64,000 nt of DNA from Promethearchaeota archaeon (GTDB lineage Archaea > Asgardarchaeota > Heimdallarchaeia > Hodarchaeales > Hodarchaeaceae). Positions 49,783 through 59,125 of the stretch are shown one piece after another (positions within the stretch are counted from its first letter, which is position 1; every line of letters starts with the position of its first letter). A program made the position numbers and the translations under genes. The notes beneath the pieces were generated by a model. That model searched no databases and was not told the DNA's origin. It worked only from the letters and a program-made list of their open reading frames with translations. The stretch covers positions 256,001 through 320,000 of the forward strand of contig JBHLMN010000003.1 in the NCBI GenBank assembly GCA_048938105.1. The letters run 5' to 3'.

Positions 49783-51696
49783 ATGGTAGGTGACAATGAT
49801 AGCCCTAATAGCAATTCTGAGGAGATTATATCAACAGAAGAATATAGCTCTGGATTAACATGGCGAGTTGGCCTCGCAATCGTTTATTCAGCTATAATAA
49901 TTCAACCAGCTGCAATATATTTGTACTTCATTACCACAAATTGGTGGTACATTGGAGCGATAAGTACTACAACTATTGTTCTTTTTGCTGTACTTGCTAA
50001 ATACTCTGATAATCCCCTGTCAAAGCAAGAAGTCTTTATCATGATCAATGTTACAACAACGGCTGCGGGTATGGAGGCAATTGTCGCGTTAGTCTATAAT
50101 TATTATCTAAAGCATCATCCTATCACTCAGTCAACAATAATAAACGGTTCAAGATTAACCGATTTAATTCCTGATTGGTTTGCACCAGATTTTTTTGGTC
50201 CAATTCAAACGTTATTTGTCCCTGTATTCATCCTCCCTCTTGCTTTAATAATACTAAGTGCATTTTTAGCCAAAGCTACAGACATTTCACTAGGTATAAT
50301 ATTCAATTATCTCTATACTAAAGTCGAAGTTTTGCCATTTCCAACTGCAGAAGTAGAAGCAGAGAGAGCAAAGAGCCTCACATGGGAAGATAAGAGAAAA
50401 TTACAGGTTTTCTCAATAAGCGCTTTTATCGCAAGTATAATTGGATTTATTCTATACTTTTTTCCACTAGTTTTTGGATTTACGATTATTCCAATTCCTT
50501 GGTTTGACTTTAACCAAGCAATTGAAGGAATTCTACCAGGTGGATCCTTTGGAATTGCAGTAGATCTTATCTACTTTGGATTCGGTTTTATATTGCCTAT
50601 GCATATCGTGATTAGTATTTTAATAGGTTCCATCTTTATTAGTCTAATTGGAAATCCATTACTAGTAGCTACGGGCAATTTTCCACGATGGGAAAAAGGT
50701 TTATCTCTTATTGACACCTTTAATTATTCTCAACTTGATTTTTGGCTTCCATGGGGTATTTCTTTCTTAATTTGTGCCTCATTAATCCCAGTCTTGCGTA
50801 ATCCAAGAATATTTGTTAGAACGTTAAAAGATCTAAGAAAATTGAGCCAGGGAAAAGGAGAAGAGATTGAGGAAGGGTCTCCTCGGTTGAGTATTTTACT
50901 TAGTTTCTTCCTTCTCGGTACAATTGGTTCTGTCGTAATTGCAGTTTTACTCGTTCCTGATCTTTCTTTACAATTCATAATTATTTTACTTATTCTGACT
51001 GTTGGATGGAGTTTTTTTGGTTCCCTAGCAATGGCTTATGCACTTGGAATAACTGCAAATCTCCCGAATATACTCTACATTAAAGAATCAGCGTTTGTTT
51101 TTGCTAATGCTCCAGTAGGTGGAGCCATTTGGTTTGTCCCCTCATTAGTTATATCACAAGGAGGAGCTAGTTGGGTTGCAACATTTAAAACCTCTGATTT
51201 AACGTTTACAAAACGGGGAAGCTTAATTAAGGCACACATTGGAGCCTCACTTGTAGCTTGGTTTGTAGGCATATTTTGGGTTTCTGCTCTTTTATCAGTC
51301 GCTCAAGTACCCTCTGTCATCTTTCCTGTCCCATTTTGGCCTTTAGATGTAGGAAGAACAATTGCTTTCGTTTCAAATCCCTCAGTAGTTCTCAATCCTG
51401 TTGTTTTAGGTGTTGTCTTTATTATAACCCTAATCCTTTATCTAATTGAATGGTTTACACCTATACCTATATCCGTCATATCTATAGCAGTAGGTACAAC
51501 CAATCTGTATGCAATTCCGTATGCATTTACAACTTTCTTAGGAGCCTTAGTTGCAAGATTACTGAAAAACAGAATGGAATATTGGGAAACCGATCGTGCA
51601 ATAATAGTGGCTGGTTTTGGAACTGGACTAGGGATTGTTATCTCATTAGCCACATTCATATCATTAATTATGAATACTATCGCCTTACCCTATTAA
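49783..51696 (+). CDS. OPT/YSL-superfamily-like oligopeptide transporter
   Basis: About 15 or more TMs. GLTWRVGLA, LSKQE, VEVLPFPTAEV (OPT-like LxFP), GFILP, AGFGTG. GAGG SD. Confidence 0.72.
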   Translation: MVGDNDSPNSNSEEIISTEEYSSGLTWRVGLAIVYSAIIIQPAAIYLYFITTNWWYIGAISTTTIVLFAVLAKYSDNPLSKQEVFIMINVTTTAAGMEAIVALVYNYYLKHHPITQSTIINGSRLTDLIPDWFAPDFFGPIQTLFVPVFILPLALIILSAFLAKATDISLGIIFNYLYTKVEVLPFPTAEVEAERAKSLTWEDKRKLQVFSISAFIASIIGFILYFFPLVFGFTIIPIPWFDFNQAIEGILPGGSFGIAVDLIYFGFGFILPMHIVISILIGSIFISLIGNPLLVATGNFPRWEKGLSLIDTFNYSQLDFWLPWGISFLICASLIPVLRNPRIFVRTLKDLRKLSQGKGEEIEEGSPRLSILLSFFLLGTIGSVVIAVLLVPDLSLQFIIILLILTVGWSFFGSLAMAYALGITANLPNILYIKESAFVFANAPVGGAIWFVPSLVISQGGASWVATFKTSDLTFTKRGSLIKAHIGASLVAWFVGIFWVSALLSVAQVPSVIFPVPFWPLDVGRTIAFVSNPSVVLNPVVLGVVFIITLILYLIEWFTPIPISVISIAVGTTNLYAIPYAFTTFLGALVARLLKNRMEYWETDRAIIVAGFGTGLGIVISLATFISLIMNTIALPY

Positions 51697-51706
51697 AAAA
51701 AAATAA

Positions 51707-52387
51707 TTACAGCCTTCTTTTCTGTATGTCGGTATTTCTATGTATATGCAGGGAAATAGTTTCTAAACCTTCAATAATTGTATCCAAAACTTTATAGTAC
51801 TTACCTTTAGAGGTAATAGCTCCAAGATACTTCTCTAAATTAATATTCCATATTAGTTCAGTAGGATGATGAAATACTTTATAAAATTCCGAAGTATACT
51901 CTTTCAAGTCTCTTGTAACAATTGGCTGTGAGAATAATGTTATTAATAAACTATCAGGAATAATAGTTGAGAATAATTTCTGAAGGACACTATCCTGATT
52001 AAGAATCTCAGCCAATGCATTGTCTATAATTAAGTCTGGGATTTCAGCCTTTAAATGTTTTAAAAGGGGATTTGAAATAAAATGGAATTTTTTCCTAATG
52101 AAACCAATACGAGAAATTTGACATTCATGACCTTTTAATTTCTGGAATAGGGGAATATCTTTATCCGAAAAGTTAATTTGATCTAATATGGTGATAGCTA
52201 CGATAAATTGCCATGATCTATCAGCAGAGACCCACAATTGTTTAGGTTTAATTAGTAAATAATTGAAATGATATTCCTCTTTAGGAATTAATAAACTGCC
52301 GCCTACATCTGAAAGCTCCCATTCTCCGTACTTCTTTAAATATTTTGCAAACGGGGGAAGTAGCATATCAGTGTAAGATTTTACCAT
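51707..52387 (-). CDS. Hypothetical soluble protein
   Basis: 226-aa ATG ORF convergent with the OPT-like gene; no motif recognised. Confidence 0.6.
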   Translation of the reverse strand: MVKSYTDMLLPPFAKYLKKYGEWELSDVGGSLLIPKEEYHFNYLLIKPKQLWVSADRSWQFIVAITILDQINFSDKDIPLFQKLKGHECQISRIGFIRKKFHFISNPLLKHLKAEIPDLIIDNALAEILNQDSVLQKLFSTIIPDSLLITLFSQPIVTRDLKEYTSEFYKVFHHPTELIWNINLEKYLGAITSKGKYYKVLDTIIEGLETISLHIHRNTDIQKRRL

Positions 52388-52691
52388 CTTTGTTCATTTT
52401 TATTAATATTTTAGTTTTAGTTATTATTACATTTGGACTGTATTTTATAAGATTTAGTAAATTTCTGTAGTTGTTTCACTGATGTTTCACTTTATGTTAT
52501 TTTTAGAGCGTTAGACTTCTTTTATCAGGAGAATATGATGTATCCAAAAAATTCTTCATTTAGATCTAAAAATACAATTCATTCTGCATTTTCTATTGAT
52601 TTGATAAGTAAGATTCCTTTTTTAAGGTGCGAGAAATTTTAAATCAATGTACTTATAACAATTAAATCAAAGTTTAAAGGGTCGTTATCAA

Positions 52692-54938
52692 ATGAAAAAA
52701 AGAGTATTTTTGTTAATAGTTGTATTCCTATTTCTAAGTGTTCAAATTATAACTTCTAGTAAAGCACCACAGATAAATACATATCAAGATATACTAAAAT
52801 CACAAAGTACAGAAACTAATGCAGTAGAAATAATGGTAATGGTTAACTTGACGTGTATTGCACCTAGTGGTCATGATCTGCCAGGAAACACCCCTATAGT
52901 TGTTAATCTATCTACTATTGCAAAAGTAATTCCTGAAACAGTTGATGCTTTCGGAATGAAAACAACTGATAAGGCTGATGATATAAAATGGGATTCAGCT
53001 TATGTTACTTATAATAACGACCTGATACCAGCTCAAGTTGATGATATAGATATCTATAAAGGCTACTCCGATGGAGATGAGTTGGTTTTCGAACTACCAG
53101 AAGATATTGCACTCACTAACGAAAATAATATTACTTTTTCAATATTTTTTGGCACAAAAGGATTAGATCTACCACCTCCCTATTTTCCTGAGACTTGTGA
53201 TGTCTATATTTACCCAAAAATAGATGAAATTAACGAAAGATACCCTGATATGTTAGGTCCCAAAGATGGTGCCTATTATATGGAAAATGGAATCATTCAA
53301 GCATGCGCATTAGTGGAGGCTGCTTGGAGTAGTGGTGGATTATACGAATTATCAGTTCTAGATGACCAAGGTGAATCCCAATGGGATGCAATAAAACAAA
53401 GATATAAAGTATCATTTGATATGTGGAAATGGTCACGTTTCGCATTAATTGAGCAATTTATTTCAAAAAATCAATTTGCCACAACTTTTCCCTTTAAATT
53501 AGAACATTTTATCTCTGGACCCGTTCGTGCACAATTCCAAATGCAGTCTAAATCTGATTACGGGAAAAGTGGCACTCCATGGGGTAATATTCCAAACGTA
53601 TATGGTCTTGTAACGTATGACCTTTATGCGAACCAACCTTATCTTGATTATACACTTGAAATCGTCGGACCTGATGCAAACAAGCATCCCTCACTAGTTA
53701 TTCAGTATCAAAATCGTGAGTGGGGTGGAAAACCAGGAAGCCCATATAAATCCATTTACGTACCAGGCCAAGGCTGGCTGGAGCGTAATCCAAATGACAT
53801 ACTAACTCATAAAGTTTTAGAAGCAGGTTTCAATCAATCATGGTATCTTGAAGGATTATATGGAAACCAGAAAATACTTCCCTCATCATTTGCTGGGCCT
53901 GATGATGACCAACTTGGATATGGATTTATCTTTGATGATACAGGTTTTGCCAATATCACCTGGGATGCGGGTTCAGAAGCTGTTCTTAGCTGGTATGACG
54001 CCTGTGAATTCCCCTTTCGTACGCGATACTGTCCTTATGATGTTAGCATCTTAGCGGGACAAGATAGAATAAGCTATGTGAAAGATCAATATCAAGCATG
54101 GCTGCGACCTGATCCTGAATTTTCACTTACTGCTTCTCTTGTTACCCCAGCTGAGATCCCCTTTGATTATATTTTCATTACAAAACCTGATATTATATTT
54201 GATAATGTCACAGATCTTCTACAAATAGTAAATATTAGTGCTTATTCAACGGTACTAACAGATTTTCTCACTGGGACTACCCCAGACGTTAGTGCGACCT
54301 ACAAGGTGTTGACAGAAAGAAAACAGATAGAAACAGGTATAAGTGGGAGTTTAACTTGGAAAGATAGCAGTGAAACATGGGAAGCTTTAGATGTAGATGT
54401 GAGCTCGATCAATTTAAATGAATCACATGTTGTTGTTGCTTATTTTACGGTCAATGACATTTCCGGTCGAAGTGCTATTTCGGAACACTTCATTGAGGGC
54501 ATACTGCCGGATCTCACAGGACCAATCATCTCTGATGTAACTAGAAGCCCAGCTGATGTTGTACGATTTACTGATTCTGTGAATGTTACTGCTTCTGTGG
54601 AGGATGAGGAAGGAGAGGTAACTTTAGTTTACCTTTTTTATTCAAACGGAAGTACGTGGTATAATCTTACAATGAATCAAAGTTTTGGGTTCTATAGAGG
54701 CACGATTCCACCTCAGAAATCTGCCACAACGGTTAAATTCAAAATAGGGGCATATGATGATGCCCCTCTCGCAAATTATAATGAATCCGAAATATTCGAG
54801 TATTTTGTTTCAATAGAATATATACAAGGACAAGGATTACTCCCACTTATAGGAATTTCTGGAATAATAGTTGTAGCAATCGTCATTGCGTTAAAAAGTG
54901 GAGCCTTACATCGAGAGAAGTATGACCAAGTTGAATGA
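52692..54938 (+). CDS. Secreted, C-terminally anchored protein with DUF4861-like/supersandwich region and C-terminal Ig-like domain
   Basis: Signal peptide, PAQVDD...DELVF, SGPVRA, aromatic-rich core, DLTGPII...Y-x-NG-x-x-W...IPPQ Ig-like module, TM helix. Confidence 0.65.
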   Translation: MKKRVFLLIVVFLFLSVQIITSSKAPQINTYQDILKSQSTETNAVEIMVMVNLTCIAPSGHDLPGNTPIVVNLSTIAKVIPETVDAFGMKTTDKADDIKWDSAYVTYNNDLIPAQVDDIDIYKGYSDGDELVFELPEDIALTNENNITFSIFFGTKGLDLPPPYFPETCDVYIYPKIDEINERYPDMLGPKDGAYYMENGIIQACALVEAAWSSGGLYELSVLDDQGESQWDAIKQRYKVSFDMWKWSRFALIEQFISKNQFATTFPFKLEHFISGPVRAQFQMQSKSDYGKSGTPWGNIPNVYGLVTYDLYANQPYLDYTLEIVGPDANKHPSLVIQYQNREWGGKPGSPYKSIYVPGQGWLERNPNDILTHKVLEAGFNQSWYLEGLYGNQKILPSSFAGPDDDQLGYGFIFDDTGFANITWDAGSEAVLSWYDACEFPFRTRYCPYDVSILAGQDRISYVKDQYQAWLRPDPEFSLTASLVTPAEIPFDYIFITKPDIIFDNVTDLLQIVNISAYSTVLTDFLTGTTPDVSATYKVLTERKQIETGISGSLTWKDSSETWEALDVDVSSINLNESHVVVAYFTVNDISGRSAISEHFIEGILPDLTGPIISDVTRSPADVVRFTDSVNVTASVEDEEGEVTLVYLFYSNGSTWYNLTMNQSFGFYRGTIPPQKSATTVKFKIGAYDDAPLANYNESEIFEYFVSIEYIQGQGLLPLIGISGIIVVAIVIALKSGALHREKYDQVE

Positions 54939-55225
54939 AATTTCATCTTAAATTATTCCATTTTATCCTATTAATCATATAAGTGAAGTAAGAATAGAGT
55001 ACTCCATTCATCACCGGTTTTTTCGAATAATAGAAGAATTATTTCAGTTTTCATGATAAACACTTTTTCATATCACCCCATGTTTGGATCGAAGTACGTT
55101 ATCTTTAAAAGGACAATTTCTGACTTCGAATAAAATGTTAGAAAAATACTTCTGAAGTATATATTCTGACCCAGAAAGAGAAAACGCTAAAATATAGCTC
55201 TATATATATATATTGAGGTATCAAT

Positions 55226-56791
55226 ATGATAAAGAAAAGAACATTGTTTTTGACTCTAAGTTTGTTTGTTCTATTATTCCTAATGAATTCGATGACATCA
55301 CTTAAAGCGACACCTCCACAATTACGAATATCTGCAGCCACAAAAGTAGCAACGATTACTGTAACTGGTGGATCTGGAGGTCTAGTGGCAAAGACCCCAA
55401 TTATTATTGATGAATCAGAGTTTGATGCCTATTCAATAGCTCTAGCAACAGCTATTGTTAAAGATGGAACTACAGAGTTGAAGACTCAATATGATTCAGA
55501 ACTCGGAGAACTCGTATTTCAAATACCAAGTGCAATTGCAGCAGATGGAACCAAGACATTTGATTTATATGGAGAAGCAACAGGTACAACTAATGGTCAA
55601 ACAACGACAATTAAAGCAGCTGAAGGGAATTATAGTGAAACATATAGTGATTGGTTACCATCCTCACTCACAGACAATGGATGGATGATTAACGCCACTC
55701 ATATGTCCCCAAACGTTGTTAATGTTGGTAATGTTGTCTGGGTAGAAACAGATTGGGTAATTTTATGCTTCCAACTACAAGCACAATGGAGACAGGGTTC
55801 TCTTAAACATATATACCTAAAAGATGAAGGCTGGGATCTCCAAATGGCTAAATTCAATGCCTCTCAACATTGGCAATTTACTTGGAGTGGTTGGCCCAGT
55901 GACCATAATTATGGCTGGGAAAAAGAGTACGATAACGGATATGGTCTGGATGATGCCACAATTGTTAAAGCTGGACCAGTACGAGCTGTAGTACAAACAG
56001 TCAGCTCAACTGGATGGCGTAGTCCTTGGGGCGCCCCCTACTACAATCTTAATCAAAGCTTAACATGGTGTATCTATAACGACTTCACTGGTTGGTCTCA
56101 GCACTTTGAGTTGACAAGCGACAATACTACTCTTCTAAATCAGGCGTTTACAAACTTCACAAAGATCAATTATGGAGAACCAATGCAATGGCAACATAAA
56201 CTACGCGATCAGGGTTTCCAGGGTGGTGGTTATAACTTATCCGCAGGATGGCCCCACAACTTCACCAATATTTATACTCCTGGACAACCCATTGGCTATA
56301 GAGGAGCTGGTATGACGCTCTCTAGCTTAAATGTCTCCTTATTAACCGAACCTTACCTGGGCATGTACAATTCGTCTGGATATGGATATATGTACCACTG
56401 GGGAACTCCTGTCGAAAATGTTACACAAATAAACTGGTCTGGTGAAGAAGTCGCCATTCATAGCTCACTCAATGCTTTCCCCGAAGAAGGACTTATGCGC
56501 TATTGTGCGCCTTTCAGTAATTATGCAGGAAACATCACGGAACACATAGATGCAGAAAATGATCGCTGGACAGCAACCTATACGATATCAACTGCTGCTC
56601 ATGTCCCTGAAACTACTCCTACTGCAACTAAAACCGCAACTAAAACCGCAACTGCAACTAAAACCGCAACTAAGACAAAAACCAAAACTAAAACCACAAC
56701 CACAACTGGCGGTGCGCCTGGATTTGGCCTCCTCACCTCAATCATAGTTGTTGCTGCTGCAGCAGCAATAGTCCATCGAAGAAGGAAATAA
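55226..56791 (+). CDS. Secreted PGF-CTERM-type surface protein, distant paralog of 52692-54938
   Basis: Signal peptide, TPII, TQYD...ELVF, AGPVRA, Trp-rich core, Thr/Ala/Lys linker, APGF + TM + HRRRK. Confidence 0.72.
   Translation: MIKKRTLFLTLSLFVLLFLMNSMTSLKATPPQLRISAATKVATITVTGGSGGLVAKTPIIIDESEFDAYSIALATAIVKDGTTELKTQYDSELGELVFQIPSAIAADGTKTFDLYGEATGTTNGQTTTIKAAEGNYSETYSDWLPSSLTDNGWMINATHMSPNVVNVGNVVWVETDWVILCFQLQAQWRQGSLKHIYLKDEGWDLQMAKFNASQHWQFTWSGWPSDHNYGWEKEYDNGYGLDDATIVKAGPVRAVVQTVSSTGWRSPWGAPYYNLNQSLTWCIYNDFTGWSQHFELTSDNTTLLNQAFTNFTKINYGEPMQWQHKLRDQGFQGGGYNLSAGWPHNFTNIYTPGQPIGYRGAGMTLSSLNVSLLTEPYLGMYNSSGYGYMYHWGTPVENVTQINWSGEEVAIHSSLNAFPEEGLMRYCAPFSNYAGNITEHIDAENDRWTATYTISTAAHVPETTPTATKTATKTATATKTATKTKTKTKTTTTTGGAPGFGLLTSIIVVAAAAAIVHRRRK
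56621..56707 (+). repeat. Imperfect coding tandem repeat (GCAACTAAAACC units) encoding a TATK/TK linker
   Basis: ACTGCAACTAAAACCGCAACTAA occurs at 56621 and 56651 and continues as degenerate ACnAAA units. Confidence 0.85.
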
Positions 56792-56795
56792 TAAA

Positions 56796-56825
56796 ACCCT
56801 TCCATTTTTTTCCCCTTTTTTTTTC
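56796..56825 (+). terminator. Oligo-T terminator
   Basis: ACCCTTCCATTTTTTTCCCCTTTTTTTTTC directly after the tandem TAA TAA. Confidence 0.6.
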
Positions 56826-56906
56826 TAACAAGATTTGAAGAAACTATTTAGATTGAAAATAGGTCTTTAATCCATACAAGATAAATGATATGATAACTGA
56901 TGATAA

Positions 56907-58877
56907 CTACAATAGCTTCAACATTTCTTTACGTGAATATATAATTAGACTAAAAAAAACTAGAATCAGGAAAATACTAGGAAACGAGCTAGTTTTTGTT
57001 TGTATTGTGGTTTTGGTTATTGAACTTTGTTTCGTTTCAGTAAGAGTCGTTGATGTATCAGTTGTTGAAGACGAGGTATTGGTTGTTGTAGAAGCTGCTG
57101 AAGACGTTGTTAATGAACTAGTTTCTATTATTATTGGTTTATAATCGACCGTTACATTATTAATGAGTGTTCTAGTTCCATTGTAGCTCAATATACCGTC
57201 AGTAGGGGCTACAACCACCACGGCGGCTGAATCTGCAGGAAGGTGAAAAGAAGCCAGATTTGAGACGTTTGTTACTAAGAAACTCTCGGTAACTGTATCA
57301 TATAGATTCATCGCTTCTGAGCCAACGTTGATTTCTACCGTTTTATAAACATCATAAGGATTGTAGTAAAGATATGTAGGATAAGCCTCATTATGGTAAT
57401 AATCAGTTACTAGACAATCTAATTGTAAGATTTTCTCATCATTTGTAGGAGTAATAATTCCACCGAAAATACCCACATGAGAACTTCCATAAAGACCTAG
57501 ATTCGTTGGGCCCCACCCAAGCCTGATAGCATCACCTGTAGCGAAGGGGCTTTTATCATCCCATGTTCTACGGAGCCCCTCATAAGCAATACAATAATTC
57601 GTATCATACGCTTCTATCCAGTCCTCACAGTCTTGGTGATCCGCATCTAGACCATTTCCATAAAATAATCTAGCAGCATTTGCAGCATTTAACACATATT
57701 TTCCTATAGCTCGTGCATAACGATCATCATATCTTACTACAGGTACCAAAGCACCTACATTTTCGAAGGTTCCCATTGCAAAAGCATATCCGTAATTGTC
57801 TGTTATACTACCGTGCAAACCATGAACATCGTAACCACCCCAATTCTGAGCAATAACACCCCAACCAGGTCTACTATCAGCAGGTCCAAAGCACCAATTG
57901 ATGATCTTACTAATATCGTAAGCTCTCCCAAGTTCTGCATTCATTCGTGCTATGATATGGGCGCCGTATGGAAGTAGAATCTCATAGAGGGGATTAAAAG
58001 AAATTCCATCTAAGAAATGGACACACCACTCGGCAGCAACTAAATATTTAGGATCTCCATACTTCAAATAGGCAATATATTCTAACCAAGCAATAGCTGC
58101 TGCTGCATCAGGTTCTCTATGTTCTCCATTGTATACAGGTTCCATTGTATCGAAGTCAAAAGCAGTGTACCGGAAATTAGGAACTTTCCAAGGATCAACA
58201 CTACCACCCATGCCAACACATGCATCATACCATCTATCGGCAACTGTGCGAACTTCGTTATGAAAATCGCCTGTTTCTGGATAGAAGTATGCTAATTGAT
58301 AGAATAACAAATTAGGGAAGAGTTCATACCAAAAGGTTTTACCTGCCCAATCATATCTTCTATTTAAATAGATATATTGTTCAGTATCGAGATTGTACCA
58401 GTTCTCACACATTTCAACCCAATTATACCCACTTTGGTTACTCTTGTCAATTCCAACGAGGGTAGCGCTCAGTACCGCAGCCATACAGTTAATTGCCTCG
58501 TCAGCCATTGATCTACCAACGTGAGAAGGCATACTGAATGTATCACGATCAAAGTTTGTGTGACTAGTATCCCAGCTGATTAGTGGTAGATATTCACCTG
58601 TTTTACTGAAGTTGAAGACAAGTGCGTCATAATCTCGAGCTACTTGATTCCAGTCTCTCATGTGAAACGGTTCGGGGAGATTTGGCATCAAGTTAACCCT
58701 TTTAATTTGACCTGGTATCGTTAATGCACCAGAAATTTTATTGTTAGTAATTAATACTGACGGAATTATGATTCCTGAACCTAGAATAATCAATAAAACT
58801 AATAATATCGATGTAACACCCACCACTTTACTATATGTTCTGTTCTGTCTTTTAAATACTCGCATTATCATCCACAT
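56907..58877 (-). CDS. Secreted, membrane-anchored uncharacterised protein, putative (alpha/alpha)-barrel glycoside hydrolase
   Basis: N-terminal TM/signal (likely start ATG 58865). MPNLPEPF-x-MRDW, EAIN, FWYEL, EPDAAA, NPLYE, YAFAMGTF, YEG, LYGSSHVG. Ser/Thr linker, SSF + TM. Confidence 0.6.
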   Translation of the reverse strand: MWMIMRVFKRQNRTYSKVVGVTSILLVLLIILGSGIIIPSVLITNNKISGALTIPGQIKRVNLMPNLPEPFHMRDWNQVARDYDALVFNFSKTGEYLPLISWDTSHTNFDRDTFSMPSHVGRSMADEAINCMAAVLSATLVGIDKSNQSGYNWVEMCENWYNLDTEQYIYLNRRYDWAGKTFWYELFPNLLFYQLAYFYPETGDFHNEVRTVADRWYDACVGMGGSVDPWKVPNFRYTAFDFDTMEPVYNGEHREPDAAAAIAWLEYIAYLKYGDPKYLVAAEWCVHFLDGISFNPLYEILLPYGAHIIARMNAELGRAYDISKIINWCFGPADSRPGWGVIAQNWGGYDVHGLHGSITDNYGYAFAMGTFENVGALVPVVRYDDRYARAIGKYVLNAANAARLFYGNGLDADHQDCEDWIEAYDTNYCIAYEGLRRTWDDKSPFATGDAIRLGWGPTNLGLYGSSHVGIFGGIITPTNDEKILQLDCLVTDYYHNEAYPTYLYYNPYDVYKTVEINVGSEAMNLYDTVTESFLVTNVSNLASFHLPADSAAVVVVAPTDGILSYNGTRTLINNVTVDYKPIIIETSSLTTSSAASTTTNTSSSTTDTSTTLTETKQSSITKTTIQTKTSSFPSIFLILVFFSLIIYSRKEMLKLL

Positions 58878-59085
58878 CTTTTAACGAAATCCAAATATTA
58901 TTGTACTTTCTTTTTCTTTCAAGGACATCTTTCTGTTCAAGTTGGTCAAGAGCTTTAAAAAAATAGAGATTAGCTAGTTGAGATTTTTTTTTTAACTCGA
59001 ACAACGATAAGGACTTATTTTCCTTAACAAGAATTTCATGTATAATTCTTTGATTTCTTTGTTGAAACTCTTCAAAAACGGACAT
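58852..59085 (-). CDS. Small winged-helix protein
   Basis: LSLFELKKKSQL...KALDQLEQKDVLERKRKYNNIWISL (HTH + wing pattern). GAGGAG SD upstream. Confidence 0.6.
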   Translation of the reverse strand: MSVFEEFQQRNQRIIHEILVKENKSLSLFELKKKSQLANLYFFKALDQLEQKDVLERKRKYNNIWISLKDVDDNASI

Positions 59086-59125
59086 AGTGCTCCTCTTAAA
59101 ACAACTATCATTTTAGGTTGTTATT

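Noticed and set aside
56621-56707. CRISPR-like or non-coding repeat array
   Set aside because: The units are 6-12 bp, have no spacers, and are in frame within a Thr/Lys linker. No cas genes are present.
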